Shown here one piece after another: positions 52,466-63,546 of a stretch of 64,000 nt of DNA; within the stretch, counting starts at the first letter, position 1; every line of letters begins with the position of its first letter. The notes beneath the pieces are model-generated. The model saw nothing but the letters and a program-made list of their open reading frames with translations. It did no database searches and was not told the origin of the DNA. The stretch covers positions 1,280,001 to 1,344,000 of the forward strand of contig OY762007.1 in assembly GCA_963665115.1 (NCBI GenBank), written 5' to 3'. A program made the position numbers and the translations under genes. This DNA comes from an uncultured Rivularia sp. (GTDB lineage: Bacteria; Cyanobacteriota; Cyanobacteriia; Cyanobacteriales; Nostocaceae).

Positions 52466-52516
52466 AAGTTACCAATTATCAATATTTATCAATATCTATA
52501 ACTCTTAACTATTTCT

Positions 52517-52861
52517 TCAATCTTCATCCAAAGCGGGGAAAGATTCCTCAATAAGCCATAATCTTTCTTTATTCTCGACAAACCAGACGCGAGTTTCGGG
52601 AGTTAATTTTTTCCAAATTTGGTCTACAGGTGCATGAGGAGATGAGTATTGAAACTCTTTACCAAGTAATTCCAGATTTTCGGCGACATTATCGGGAATA
52701 CCAAATTCATTCCAATCAATTTTTGGTTCAACTCCAGTAACTCCTTTACCTGGATCGTAAACTAGTTGTGCAGCCCGAATTAAGTCAGCAAAGTGTACTG
52801 GCTTTAACTTGTACAACTCCTCGATTCGGGGTGCTTCGCTATTATTTTGAAACATAGCCAC
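52517..52861 (-). CDS. Hypothetical protein
   Basis: 114 aa ORF with protein-like composition; family not recognised. Confidence 0.6.
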   Translation of the reverse strand: MAMFQNNSEAPRIEELYKLKPVHFADLIRAAQLVYDPGKGVTGVEPKIDWNEFGIPDNVAENLELLGKEFQYSSPHAPVDQIWKKLTPETRVWFVENKERLWLIEESFPALDED

Positions 52862-53043
52862 TAATAATGCTGTGAATATTTACCGTTGTATCTATAAGAC
52901 TTACTGCCAGAGTTCCGTAATCAATACATTTATATTTTATTCTAGAAAAATTATATTTAATTAACTGATAGAATAACCACTATTTTAGGGAATCATAATT
53001 TTATATCTTGTATATATTGCTGGCTGCTTGGATGGGGTGATTT

Positions 53044-53301
53044 ATGCCTTTCTTTTTAATCTTTATAATAATTGCGATTATTTTAACGTTATTAATAAAC
53101 AAAAACCGTCATCGTGGGAGTAACAGATATCATCCTGGTAAATCCAATAAAGGATGTAAACCACTTCGACGTAAATTATTAAATCTCGTACATCGCGATA
53201 CAGCAGATAGATTAATCAGTTCAGCAAAACGTCAGCATCCCGGAAAATCGGAACGCTGGTATTTAGAAAAGGTGATTTACGATTTACAGCGCGGACGTTA
53301 A
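53044..53301 (+). CDS. Small membrane-anchored hypothetical protein
   Basis: N-terminal TM helix; A.RLI......PGKSE.WYLEKVIYDL.R motif common in cyanobacteria. Confidence 0.7.
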   Translation: MPFFLIFIIIAIILTLLINKNRHRGSNRYHPGKSNKGCKPLRRKLLNLVHRDTADRLISSAKRQHPGKSERWYLEKVIYDLQRGR

Positions 53302-53684
53302 GAACGTAATTGGGCTATTATCGTTTTTGGATTCCAGTAAGCGCGAGTAGTTTGAATTTTACCAGCATCGTTGATCTCTAATATCGTAATCCCTTCACAA
53401 GTAACAGCTTTCTGAGTTTTACTGACACCTCGCATCGTCCATTTGACAGCAGCTTCATTCCCCGCAATAAAAATACTATCTTTGGTTGCTTCGAGTTTTG
53501 CAAAGACGGCTTTCATTTGTCCGATAAAATCTTGAAAACCTTCATGAACTAAAGTCGGTGGCTCTCCAACTGGATCGTAACTCAAAGCATCTTTAGCAAA
53601 ATTATCTACCCAGCCTTCGGCATTCATAGCTGAGATATTTTCTAAATAAGAATTGACAATACTTTCAATTTCTTCTGGCAACAT
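53298..53684 (-). CDS. NTF2/SnoaL (ketosteroid isomerase-like) protein
   Basis: FA.DA...DPVG, AAV.W, GI......GKI....AYW. Confidence 0.85.
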   Translation of the reverse strand: MLPEEIESIVNSYLENISAMNAEGWVDNFAKDALSYDPVGEPPTLVHEGFQDFIGQMKAVFAKLEATKDSIFIAGNEAAVKWTMRGVSKTQKAVTCEGITILEINDAGKIQTTRAYWNPKTIIAQLRS

Positions 53685-53745
53685 AAGGATAGGTTAAAGG
53701 TCAAAGGTTAAAGTTATCTATGTAATTGCAAGAATTAACAACTAA

Positions 53746-54111
53746 TTAATCATTGTCAATCAAAACAGTTACTGCAGCTACAGCAATCAACATTTCGTCA
53801 TTTTTATCCTGCAAAACTTCGATAGCTTTTCCTTCAACCACCATTCCCCCAGATTTAACCGTAAGACTTTTACGCCCAAAAGGTAATACTGCTAATACTT
53901 CTTCTTCCCTTACCTGCTCCGGATAAGGTACGGCAATTTCAACTTCTACAATCATCTGATTTGGATCGTTCAAACCAGCAACTTCAAACACTCCGATTAA
54001 AGCATTATTCGCGATCGCATTTCTCACGGCTCTTGCAGCAGCAACGGTTGGTTCCTGCCCGTGCTGATCTATACCCATTCCCATTTCCACAATAAATCGT
54101 TTGCGTGGCAT
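53746..54111 (-). CDS. Lin0512 family protein
   Basis: EMGMGIDQHGQEPTVAAARAVRNAI, LPFG, GG, AVAAVTV; ATG 54111 preferred. Confidence 0.8.
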   Translation of the reverse strand: MPRKRFIVEMGMGIDQHGQEPTVAAARAVRNAIANNALIGVFEVAGLNDPNQMIVEVEIAVPYPEQVREEEVLAVLPFGRKSLTVKSGGMVVEGKAIEVLQDKNDEMLIAVAAVTVLIDND

Positions 54112-54606
54112 AACTATCCCCGATAACTTCAGTCCCATCTGTACTGTAGCGGTTTAAGTACCTCGCGGGAAACTGTAGAGAAGTTTTAATAATAGCTAAG
54201 TAAGCAATACAAGATTGATTATGATGATTCCCATTCCCCGTTCCCTATTTCCTGTTCCCTTTCATAAAAAGTAAAAGGCAAAAAGTAAAAGTAATGGGAG
54301 ATGTGTTCTACTTTAACCTTTTGCCTTCAGCGTTTTTGCATTGGATATTGGTCAATAATGCTACCATACTTGTTTTGAAACCATCAACTGTCAAAAATTT
54401 CTTAGAAGCTGAGAATTTATGCTGATTCGAGGGCGATTACCATTATTCAAATTCTCTCCTTAAATATCTCTCCATATCGTTATAATTTTCTTCACTTAGC
54501 TCTCAAAATAGCTGCATATTGAAATAAAAGCTGAAATCGTATTTACGCATAGCCCCCCTTATGAAAAGGGGGGTTGGGGGGATCTAAATGATAATATACT
54601 CCCACT

Positions 54607-55626
54607 ATGAATATTAATCGCCGAAAATTCCTCACAACCTTGGGTTTAGCAACCATCTCTACCCAACTACCATCATTTGTTGTTCAAGCTAAAATATCTC
54701 CGAATACCATCATCAAACCACCACGTTTGAAAGTTGGTGATACAGTCGGATTAATTAGCCCTGCTGGTATCGTAGATTCCGAAGACGTTGAAGAAGCACA
54801 AAAAATATTTACAGCATTAGGTTTAAAAGTTGAACCAGGCAGACATATTTTAGATAGATACGGTTACTTAGCGGGAAAAGATAGAAATCGCGCTGGTGAT
54901 ATTAACGCTATGTTTGCTGATAAATCTGTTAACGCAATAATTGCTATGCGTGGTGGCTGGGGTGGAAATCGGATTTTACCATTACTTAAGTATAATTCTA
55001 TTCGCGCTAATCCTAAAATTATCATGGGATACAGCGATATTACATCTTTATTATTAGCAATTAGTGCCCGTAGCGGACTTGTAACTTTTCATGGTCCAGT
55101 AGCGACTTCTACTTGGAATAATTTTACTTTGAAATATGTAAAAAGTATATTATTTAATGCTCAAACGGTAGCAATGGATAATGCTTTAGTTACTAAACTT
55201 AGCCGCGAAATAATTACACCCGGTAAAGCTAAAGGTAAATTTATTGGTGGTAATTTATCGGTGATTAATTCAATGTTAGGTTCATCTTATCTACCTGCAT
55301 GGAAAGATAGTATTTTATTTATAGAAGATATCGGCGAAGATGTTTACCGTGTAGACAGGATGTTAGTTCAATTAAGAAATGCCGGAATTCTCAATCAACT
55401 ATCAGGTTTTGTATTCGGGCAATGCACCAATTGTAAGCCGGGAAAAGAACCTACATTTACTTTAATGCAGGTATTACAAGAACATATTCGTCCTTTAAAT
55501 ATTCCTGCATGGTATGGTTCGATGATTGGACATATCAGAGATAAATTTACACTTCCCATAGGTATACAAGTAGAAATTGATGCAAATACCGGGATAATAA
55601 AAATGTTGGAAGCTGCTGTTAGATAA
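54607..55626 (+). CDS. ldcA: LD-carboxypeptidase (peptidase S66) with Tat signal
   Basis: RRKFL Tat motif; RGGWG, GYSDIT, HGP, GGNLS, EDIGE, IGH. Confidence 0.85.
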   Translation: MNINRRKFLTTLGLATISTQLPSFVVQAKISPNTIIKPPRLKVGDTVGLISPAGIVDSEDVEEAQKIFTALGLKVEPGRHILDRYGYLAGKDRNRAGDINAMFADKSVNAIIAMRGGWGGNRILPLLKYNSIRANPKIIMGYSDITSLLLAISARSGLVTFHGPVATSTWNNFTLKYVKSILFNAQTVAMDNALVTKLSREIITPGKAKGKFIGGNLSVINSMLGSSYLPAWKDSILFIEDIGEDVYRVDRMLVQLRNAGILNQLSGFVFGQCTNCKPGKEPTFTLMQVLQEHIRPLNIPAWYGSMIGHIRDKFTLPIGIQVEIDANTGIIKMLEAAVR

Positions 55627-55644
55627 TCTTAACTCAATAGTTTT

Positions 55645-56487
55645 ATGAAATACTATAAGTATCATGCTATAGGCAACGATTATATAGTTATTAATCCCAA
55701 AGATGTTTCTCAAAATTTAACTTGCGAACAGATTACGAAAATTTGTCATAGAAATTTCGGTATTGGTTCCGATGGTATACTTTTCGGTCCTTTATTATCT
55801 GAAAAAGGAGAGTTTTTACTAAGAATATTTAATCCCGACGGTAGCGAAGCAGAGAAAAGCGGAAACGGATTAAGAATTTTTTCTCGTTACTTATGGGATA
55901 TGCAATTAGTTAAACAAGAACAATTTACTATCGAAACTAAGGGAGGTTTAGTTAAATCGACAGTTTCAGATAACGGTAAAACCGTCAGCGTCGAAATGGG
56001 AAAAGTCAGCTTTTGGAACGATAAAATACCCGTTACTGGAGAACATAGAGAAGTCATATCCGAGAATATTACAGTTGACAATAAAACCTTTACATTTTGT
56101 GCTGCAACTATCGGCAATCCTCATTGTGTAATTCCGTTGCCTGAAATTACGCCAGATTTAGCAAAGCAATATGGTTATTTAATTGAAACCAATAATATTT
56201 TTCCAAATCGCATCAACGTACAATTTATGAAAGTACTCGATCGAGAAAACATTCAATTAGAAATTTGGGAAAGAGGTGCGGGTTATACATTAGCATCGGG
56301 AAGTAGTAGCAGTGCAGCAGCAGCGGTTGCACATCGACTTGATTTGTGCGATTCCTCCATTACCGTACATATGCCAGGAGGAAATATTTTAATCGAAATT
56401 AATGAAGATTATTCGATTCAAATGACAGGCTCAGTCACAAAAGTAGCCGAAGGGATAATATCTGAAGAAATGTTTTTTGGGGAATAG
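55645..56487 (+). CDS. dapF: Diaminopimelate epimerase-like protein with Ser at both catalytic Cys positions
   Basis: KYHAIGNDY, RNFGIGSDG, NPDGSEAEKSGNG, GNPH, ERGAGYTLASGSS. Confidence 0.75.
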   Translation: MKYYKYHAIGNDYIVINPKDVSQNLTCEQITKICHRNFGIGSDGILFGPLLSEKGEFLLRIFNPDGSEAEKSGNGLRIFSRYLWDMQLVKQEQFTIETKGGLVKSTVSDNGKTVSVEMGKVSFWNDKIPVTGEHREVISENITVDNKTFTFCAATIGNPHCVIPLPEITPDLAKQYGYLIETNNIFPNRINVQFMKVLDRENIQLEIWERGAGYTLASGSSSSAAAAVAHRLDLCDSSITVHMPGGNILIEINEDYSIQMTGSVTKVAEGIISEEMFFGE

Positions 56488-56564
56488 GGCATTGGGAATT
56501 GGGCATTGGGCATTGGAAACTAGTACTCCACCACGTTAATTTTACGGGGGAAATTATTCGTAGT

Positions 56565-56733
56565 TGTAGGTTGGGTTAGACACGAGTAGACAATTTGAAT
56601 TGTAACAAGAATTCTTTAATCGTGTCGTAACCCAACATTGCCATTGCTACTAACCATAGTAAATGTTGGGTTACGGTGCAATATCAATTCCGAGAGCAAA
56701 AATTATCTTATCAAGACACCTAACCCAACCTAC
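56565..56733. repeat. REPIN-like inverted doublet (GTAGGTTGGGTTA...TAACCCAACCTAC)
   Basis: Two hairpin units in inverted arrangement; partial copies near 13812, 13958 and 40393. Confidence 0.75.
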
Positions 56734-56780
56734 TATTCCCCATGCCCAATTCCTAATGCCCCATGCCCCATGCCCAATTC

Positions 56781-57662
56781 TCAATTCCCAAAATCCATCA
56801 TCGTCTGCCGATAAATATTAGGCATTCCAATATCAAAAGTCTTGCCATCAACAACTAAACCAGTCATTCCCTCAGCTTCCCTTAATTGTTCCAAACAAGA
56901 TGTCAACTGAAACTCACCCTTTTCCCGAAAATTAGTATTAATATGTTCCTCCAAAAAATCAAAAATCTTCGGAGTTAAAGCGTACAAACCAAATATACAT
57001 AAAAACTCATCTTCCCCTATTCCTTCCACCCGCAAATTTTGCCGCGCATACTCAATAGTTGGTTTTTCATAAATTTGTGTAACTTGCATTTGTGAATTAC
57101 CTTCTTGCCAAACTCCGGTAATACAGCCAGCTTTATGAATCATTTCCGCTGGTAAAGAATTCAAACCAATAACGCTTTGATTAACTTGTTCGTAAACCTG
57201 CAAAACTTGACGCGCACAAGATTGTTCGGCATCAGATGAATAAATATGATCTCCTAACATCAGCAAAAAAGGTTCATCATTAACCCATTCCTTCGCACAG
57301 AAAACCGCGTGTCCGTAGCCTTCTTGCTTATCCTGTGCCAAAAGCTTAATTTTACTACCTAAATCTTGAAGATATTTACAATATTCCCGATCGCGCTGTG
57401 AAAGCTTGTTAAAAAGTTTAGCATCGGGCAGGTTTTTAAAATAACTTTCAAACACCTCCTTATCATCCGGTTGCGTCACAATTCCAATTTCTTCGATACC
57501 CCCACTAACAGCCTCCTCCACAATCGACTGAATAACAGGTTTAGCCCTACCATCTCGATCAATTATCGGAAACAGTTCCTTCTTAACAACTTTCGTCGCC
57601 GGAAATAAGCGAGTACCAAAACCAGCAGCCGGAATTACAGCCTTCCTAATTCGATTCTTCAT
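56781..57662 (-). CDS. UTP-glucose-1-phosphate uridylyltransferase-like nucleotidyltransferase
   Basis: KAVIPAAGFGTRLFPATK..KKE, Q....GYGHAV, LGD, EKP, E.QLT, FDIG. Confidence 0.85.
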   Translation of the reverse strand: MKNRIRKAVIPAAGFGTRLFPATKVVKKELFPIIDRDGRAKPVIQSIVEEAVSGGIEEIGIVTQPDDKEVFESYFKNLPDAKLFNKLSQRDREYCKYLQDLGSKIKLLAQDKQEGYGHAVFCAKEWVNDEPFLLMLGDHIYSSDAEQSCARQVLQVYEQVNQSVIGLNSLPAEMIHKAGCITGVWQEGNSQMQVTQIYEKPTIEYARQNLRVEGIGEDEFLCIFGLYALTPKIFDFLEEHINTNFREKGEFQLTSCLEQLREAEGMTGLVVDGKTFDIGMPNIYRQTMMDFGN

Positions 57663-57669
57663 ATTTCAA

Positions 57670-57830
57670 ATTGGTAATTGGTAATTGGTAATTGGGCATT
57701 GGGCATTGGGCATTGGGCATTGGGCATAGCTAGGAGTTAGGGATTGTTTCTACCCCCTCTACCCCCTCTACCCCCTCTACCCCCTCTTCCCATCTCCCCA
57801 TCTCCCAATCTCCCCATCATCCCATCCCCT
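57670..57830. repeat. STRR heptamer/octamer tracts
   Basis: (ATTGGTA)n, (ATTGGGC)n, (CCCCCTCTA)n, (CCCCATCT)n; similar tracts at 27400, 49895, 50090, 56480, 56735. Confidence 0.85.
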
Positions 57831-58113
57831 AGCCATAAGCAATACCATCTTCGTAGTGATTCTACCCTGTAAAGCCTTTGTAAACTCTTATCCCAGCTTC
57901 TCAGTGAGTGTTGATAATGCTGAGCAGTTTTTAACTATGGCAGTTGACAAACTGTCACTCAGTCAATTCCCTGATAATGGTCTTAAAAGATATTCTATAT
58001 TTGTGCAAGGAGTGATACCACTTCACAACACGTTTGCTATAAGCTTATTCTCGCAATCCCTATCTATATGGGAATAGTGTCGAGTTCAAATGTTGCATCA
58101 AACAAGTGAAATG

Positions 58114-58127
58114 GTATAACTTTATAC
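58114..58127. promoter_or_regulatory. Candidate NtcA binding site
   Basis: GTATAACTTTATAC fits GTA-N8-TAC; no TAN3T box found at the canonical spacing. Confidence 0.35.
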
Positions 58128-58274
58128 AGATGAGGCGTTTGGTAGGCAAAACTGTCAAGCGCTTTTCCATGTAACCGATTAGTCACAAGTTTTCAAAAAA
58201 CGAACCCAAATAAGAAACCGGAGATTTTACCCCCGGTTGTGTCAATTAATAAACCTGCACAAGTAAAACAGGGT

Positions 58275-60851
58275 TTAACCGATGACGAAGTTTACCAACT
58301 TGCCAGGTACCACAATCACTTTTTTGATGGTTTTATCTTCAATATGGCGTTGGGCAACATCTGATTCGCGGGCATACTTTTCTAATCCAGCTTTATCGAG
58401 TTGTGCTGGAACTTGTAAATCGCCACGTTTTTTACCGTTTATTTGAATCACCAAAGTTATTTCCGAAGCTATCAACGCTTCTGGATCGTGTTCAGACCAG
58501 TTTGCGGTATGTACTGAGTCATCTTTACCCAACAAATGCCATAGTTCTTCACTGATATGAGGTGCGAAGGGTGCCAGCATCAAAATTAAAGTTTGGATTC
58601 CTTCAGCATAAATAGGTGAATCTTTGCACTTAGCATCACTCAAGGAGTTACTTAACTTCATCAATTCCGAAATAGCTGTATTAAATTGATATTCGCCGTC
58701 TACATCTTCACTGACTTCTTTGATTGCAGTATGAATCGCTCTTCGTAAATCCTTCTCGATTTTGGATTTGGGATTTTTCTCTTTAGATTTTTTAGAAGAT
58801 TGTGGATTATCGACAAAATCAGTCACCAAACGCCAAACTCGGTTAAGAAAGCGGAATTGTCCTTCGACATCAGCTTCATCCCATTCCAAATCCTTTTCCG
58901 GTGGTGCTTTGAATAGAACAAACATCCGCGCCGTATCAACACCGTATTTAGCAATTACATCTTCCGGCGCAACTCCATTACCCTTAGATTTGGACATGGT
59001 AGCGTAAAGCTTTTGCAAAGGTTCGCCGGTTTCGGGGTCGCGGGGATCGGCAGGATTTACTAAACTAGAAGCAACCCATTTATCTTTACCACCCTTGTTA
59101 GGATTCATATAAGTTAAACCCTGCACCATACCTTGGGTTAACAAATGTTGGAAAGGTTCATCAAAGTTGAGTAAACCTCGATCGCGCAATACTTTGGTAA
59201 AGAAGCGCGAGTATAACAAGTGCAAAATTGCGTGTTCGATACCGCCAACGTACTGATCCACTGGCATCCAGTTGTTTACCTTAGCCGAATCAAAAACTTG
59301 CTTATCATTCTTAGCATCGGTAAACCGCAAGTAATACCACGAAGAATCAATAAAAGTATCCATCGTGTCAGTTTCCCGCTTCGCTGGTTTTTTGCAACTG
59401 GGACAATCTACATTTACCCAACTTTCCAATTGCGCTAACGGCGAACCACCACGTCCAGAAAATTCTACATTTTCGGGTAGCTGTATGGGTAAATCTTTAT
59501 CCGGTACTGGTACAGCACCGCAATCGGCACAGTGAACGATGGGAATCGGTGCCCCCCAATATCGCTGACGGGAAATCAACCAATCTCGCAAGCGATACTG
59601 TACCCGTGCCTTACCAAAACCTTGCTTTTCCGCATATTCCACAATTGCTTGTTTAGCATCAGCAGAAGACATCCCGTTGAAAAGATCGGAATTAACAATA
59701 ATTCCCGGTTCTGTATAAGCTTCTTGAGGAATTAGTACTGCGTCAGCAGCATCCGCACGGGCAACAACAACCTTGATAGGTAAATCCTTTTCTTTCGCAA
59801 ACTTAAAATCTCGCACGTCGTGGGCTGGTACACCCATCACAGCCCCAGTACCGTATTCGTAAAGCACGTAATCGGCAATCCAAATCGGAACTTCTTCCCC
59901 GGTAAACGGATTAATTACCTTACCACCTGTAGGAATACCTTTTTTAGGCTTATCTTCAGCAGTACGTTCCAACTCGCTTTGATTGCTAACTTCTTTGATA
60001 AAAGCTTCCACGGCTTCTAACTGTTCCGATGTAGTTACCTGCTTAGTTAAAGGATGCTCTGGCGCTAACACTACGTAGCTCACACCATATACAGTATCGG
60101 GTCGCGTAGTATACACGGCGATTTTTTCATCCATTCCCACAATCGGGAATTCCAAATAAGCTCCCGTGGATTTACCAATCCAGTTAGCCTGCATGGTTTT
60201 AACCCGCTCTGGCCATCCCGGCAACTTATCCAAATCGTTTAATAATTCTTCAGCATAATCAGTAATTTTGAAGAACCACTGCCGTAATAATTTACGCTCA
60301 ACAATAGCACCACTACGCCAAGAACGACCTTCACTATCAACTTGCTCGTTCGCCAATACAGTACGATCTATGGGGTCCCAATTTACTGCTGCTTCTTTTT
60401 GGTAAGCTAAACCTGCTTGGAAAAACTGCAAAAATATCCATTGCGTCCACTTGTAATAATCCGGCGAACAAGTAGCGGTTTCGCAATCCCAGTCAATAGA
60501 TAAGCCAAGACGTTTTAACTGCAAGCGCATTTGCTCAATATTTTGATAAGTCCACTTTGACGGAGGTACTCCCCGTTTAATCGCGGCATTTTCCGCCGGT
60601 AAGCCAAAAGCATCCCAACCCATAGGATGGAGTACCCAATACCCTTGCATTCGCTTGAGACGGGCAATCACATCAGTAATAGTGTAGTTACGAACGTGAC
60701 CCATATGCAGGCTACCCGACGGGTAAGGAAACATGGATAGCGCGTAAAATTTTGGCTTGTTACTATCTGTAGGCGTTTTGTCTATGCCAACTTCTGCCCA
60801 TTTATTTTGCCACTTTTGCTCAATTTCTGCTGGGTTGTATCGGGTATCCAC
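58275..60851 (-). CDS. leuS: Leucine--tRNA ligase
   Basis: [25 protein letters not shown], editing domain [20 protein letters not shown]. Confidence 0.97.
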   Translation of the reverse strand: MDTRYNPAEIEQKWQNKWAEVGIDKTPTDSNKPKFYALSMFPYPSGSLHMGHVRNYTITDVIARLKRMQGYWVLHPMGWDAFGLPAENAAIKRGVPPSKWTYQNIEQMRLQLKRLGLSIDWDCETATCSPDYYKWTQWIFLQFFQAGLAYQKEAAVNWDPIDRTVLANEQVDSEGRSWRSGAIVERKLLRQWFFKITDYAEELLNDLDKLPGWPERVKTMQANWIGKSTGAYLEFPIVGMDEKIAVYTTRPDTVYGVSYVVLAPEHPLTKQVTTSEQLEAVEAFIKEVSNQSELERTAEDKPKKGIPTGGKVINPFTGEEVPIWIADYVLYEYGTGAVMGVPAHDVRDFKFAKEKDLPIKVVVARADAADAVLIPQEAYTEPGIIVNSDLFNGMSSADAKQAIVEYAEKQGFGKARVQYRLRDWLISRQRYWGAPIPIVHCADCGAVPVPDKDLPIQLPENVEFSGRGGSPLAQLESWVNVDCPSCKKPAKRETDTMDTFIDSSWYYLRFTDAKNDKQVFDSAKVNNWMPVDQYVGGIEHAILHLLYSRFFTKVLRDRGLLNFDEPFQHLLTQGMVQGLTYMNPNKGGKDKWVASSLVNPADPRDPETGEPLQKLYATMSKSKGNGVAPEDVIAKYGVDTARMFVLFKAPPEKDLEWDEADVEGQFRFLNRVWRLVTDFVDNPQSSKKSKEKNPKSKIEKDLRRAIHTAIKEVSEDVDGEYQFNTAISELMKLSNSLSDAKCKDSPIYAEGIQTLILMLAPFAPHISEELWHLLGKDDSVHTANWSEHDPEALIASEITLVIQINGKKRGDLQVPAQLDKAGLEKYARESDVAQRHIEDKTIKKVIVVPGKLVNFVIG

Positions 60852-61090
60852 CGGAAATACTCCTAATGCGACTTTAATGTTGTCTGATGAACTATTGTAG
60901 ATGCTGTTGGGGAGAGGGGGAGATGGGGCAGAGGAGGCAGAGGAGGCAGAGGGGGTAATTATTTTATTTATATATATATTTATTTATTTATTTATAAATT
61001 TTCTTCCTCCGCTTCCTCCGCTCTCTTCAACTCTTAACTCTTAACTCCTAACTATTTACAATTCCCAATGCCCAATCCCCGATCATCATT

Positions 61091-61522
61091 ATGTGTAAGC
61101 ACAAAAATTCTGCCTTGTTACGGGTGTTTGTTTACGGAACCCTCAAACCTGGTGAAGCAAACTATGAATGCTACTGCGCGAATCGGGTAGTTGATGCTAA
61201 AAAAGCTTGGACTCGTGGCGAACTATATGCGCTTCCCCAAGGATACCCAGCAATGACTCAAGGAAATAATTCGGTTTACGGATATTTGCTTTCATTTAAC
61301 GATTTAAAAGTTTTAAATCATCTTGATGAACTTGAAGATTACCATCCTCAAAGACTTGCTTCAGAAAATCTCTACAATCGAATGCAAGTTGAAATATTTG
61401 ATTTAGAAAGTAATTCTCTTGGTTTAGCTTGGGTTTATTTTATGAGTTCTGTAAAAGTCCGCCAACTAAAAGGCACCCCGCAAACTGATGGTTTGTGGAG
61501 TGGGAGAAGGTTGAATAGTTAG
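61091..61522 (+). CDS. Gamma-glutamylcyclotransferase (AIG2-like)
   Basis: VFVYGTLK.G, GYPA, V.G, LD.LE, AWVY. Confidence 0.85.
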   Translation: MCKHKNSALLRVFVYGTLKPGEANYECYCANRVVDAKKAWTRGELYALPQGYPAMTQGNNSVYGYLLSFNDLKVLNHLDELEDYHPQRLASENLYNRMQVEIFDLESNSLGLAWVYFMSSVKVRQLKGTPQTDGLWSGRRLNS

Positions 61523-61647
61523 GAGTTAGGAGTTAACAATTAGAAATACTATTTGAAATTTCTAAGCTGTTACGCACTTAATTTGTATAGTACTAGCGGG
61601 CAAGATGCCCGCACTACAATAATTTCAAGTTTTTTTTTAATACAACT

Positions 61648-61755
61648 TAGTAGTCCTTTTCATTAATTTTGATGGGTTGTAGAGACTTTATATATAACGT
61701 CTCCCAAATATAAGCGGAAAAACGAACCCGTCAAATTTAATGCAATCGAATACTA
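61648..61755. mobile_element. MITE family E, inverted copy
   Basis: TAGTAGTCCTTTTCATTAATTTTGA...TCAAATTTAATGCAATCGAATACTA; reverse complement of 27749-27857. Confidence 0.7.
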
Positions 61756-61905
61756 CCCAACTAAATATAAAGCAAAAGTTAAAATTACCGTTTTCTGAAG
61801 GAATTCACGCAAAAGTGCGAGTTACAAGCTCGCACTAGCATCTTTTATGGTAATTTATTTGTTAGAAGTTCTTTGACTATTAACTCCTAACTTCAAAACT
61901 AAAAG

Positions 61906-62514
61906 TTAATTAATGTAATTGTCAGAATCTAAACCTAGAGGCTGGGTTTGATTGATTGCTTCTTGAGGAAGACTTTGCGTTGCTTTAGGTATCTGTACCA
62001 GTGGTTCATTCAAAGCAACCATCGGCAATGATGCCATTTCTTCAGAAGCACTTTGCTGTGTTTGTTCTAAAGGATTGCTAGCAAATCGGAACATCCCCGG
62101 TTCGCTGTTGGGAATTAGACTCGCTAACGAACCAATAACGCAAGCAGCAACGGTAGCACCTCCGAACATCCAAGCCTTCCTGCTACGACGGCGTAACCGT
62201 GCCATTACACTATTAACTGTTTCTTGTATAGAATTTTCTGATTGCGGCACCGGAAGATTTTTCAAGCTTTGCCGCAGTGATAAAAGTCGTTTGTGCAAAC
62301 TTTGGACTGAGGGGTCATTTGCCAGCCAATCTTCTACTTGCCTGCGTTCGGCAGCAGTTACCTCACCATCAAGGTAAGCACTTAATAACTCGAAGCGATC
62401 GCGCTTCACCATATTCTTAGCACCCGTTAAATTATTGGTATTACGGTCGTTCCCATCCCGCAATTCTTTTCGACTTTGCAAGCGGGAATCGTCAAAGTGA
62501 TGTTCTGTATTCAT
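61906..62514 (-). CDS. Anti-sigma factor for SigG
   Basis: FELLSAYLDGEVT..ER..VE.WL motif, single TM helix, directly downstream of ECF sigma; ATG 62514 preferred. Confidence 0.85.
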   Translation of the reverse strand: MNTEHHFDDSRLQSRKELRDGNDRNTNNLTGAKNMVKRDRFELLSAYLDGEVTAAERRQVEDWLANDPSVQSLHKRLLSLRQSLKNLPVPQSENSIQETVNSVMARLRRRSRKAWMFGGATVAACVIGSLASLIPNSEPGMFRFASNPLEQTQQSASEEMASLPMVALNEPLVQIPKATQSLPQEAINQTQPLGLDSDNYIN

Positions 62515-62829
62515 CTTAACATTATTACCAATTAATACACGGGTATATAAAGCGGGCAAGCGATCGAATTGACGAGAATGTTCTCCCAACGGCACACGCA
62601 CAAAATGTTTTTTAACAAATAGTTAATTATCGTTAATTTCAGCTATAAGAAATATTCCAACACACGATTTGATATCGAAAGAATTTGATATCAAATCTAA
62701 ACCCAGAATTTCGTATTTGTAGATAACGGGTTCCCGCAGTAGGCGGGTAGCGCATATTCTACCGCTTAATATGGTGTGTTAATAGCAGTCTGGGGGAATC
62801 CACCTGACTGTGAGGATGAACGCTGCAAT

Positions 62830-63486
62830 TTAGGACTCTACATAATTTTGTAGTTGAGTTTGCAGTCGGGATCTCGCTCTCGCAATTCTTGACTTCACCG
62901 TTCCTAGAGAAACGCCAGTCATTTCGGCGATTTCTTCGTATGCCAATCCTTCAATTTCTCGCAACACTATTGTGGTACGAAATACTTCGGGCAAATCTGC
63001 GATCGCCAAGCGTAGTTGCTCGTAAAATTCTCTTGTTGTTAGTTCTTCTTCGGGGCCGGGAGTATCGCCAGCGATTTCCCAATCCATTTCTCCATCGTCT
63101 AAGGTACGAGGAGCATCGAGTGATAAAGGACTAACAACTCGCTTGCGTTTACGTAACTCGTCATAGAACAAATTAGTAGCAATACGACTTAGCCAACCTC
63201 GGAATTTACAGGGGTCTTGCAATCGACTAATATTCCGGAAAACTCGTATCCAGACTTCCTGAGCTAAATCTGCTCGATCGGCCCAATCGGGTGCTAAGTG
63301 ATATAAAACTCTATCAACTTGCGATTGATAGCGACGCATCAGTTCTGCAAAAGCAGTACGTTCGGGACGTACTCCGGTCTGACAGCGCAAAATCAGGTCA
63401 TGGTTTGCAAGTTTATCAACTTCTACTGGTGCTTCCGGCAGTCTGGCATCGAGCGTAGACCAAGATGCAGTAATCGATTGACTCAT
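62830..63486 (-). CDS. sigG: ECF RNA polymerase sigma factor SigG
   Basis: DLAQEVWIRV, FRGWLSRIATNLFYDELRKR, LREIEGLAYEEIAE..G...GTVKSRIARAR. Confidence 0.88.
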   Translation of the reverse strand: MSQSITASWSTLDARLPEAPVEVDKLANHDLILRCQTGVRPERTAFAELMRRYQSQVDRVLYHLAPDWADRADLAQEVWIRVFRNISRLQDPCKFRGWLSRIATNLFYDELRKRKRVVSPLSLDAPRTLDDGEMDWEIAGDTPGPEEELTTREFYEQLRLAIADLPEVFRTTIVLREIEGLAYEEIAEMTGVSLGTVKSRIARARSRLQTQLQNYVES

Positions 63487-63519
63487 ATATCTTACTGGCT
63501 TTAAATCATCCCTATCTAT

Positions 63520-63546
63520 TAGACCTGAAGATGTGCAGTTAGTTCC
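63520..63546 (-). promoter_or_regulatory. ECF (sigmaE-type) promoter, probable SigG autoregulation
   Basis: Minus strand GGAAC-N17-GTCTA ending 33 nt upstream of the sigG ATG. Confidence 0.7.

Noticed and set aside
57856..58077. 73-aa ORF
   Set aside because: GTG start without clear RBS and no recognisable motif; cannot be supported as coding
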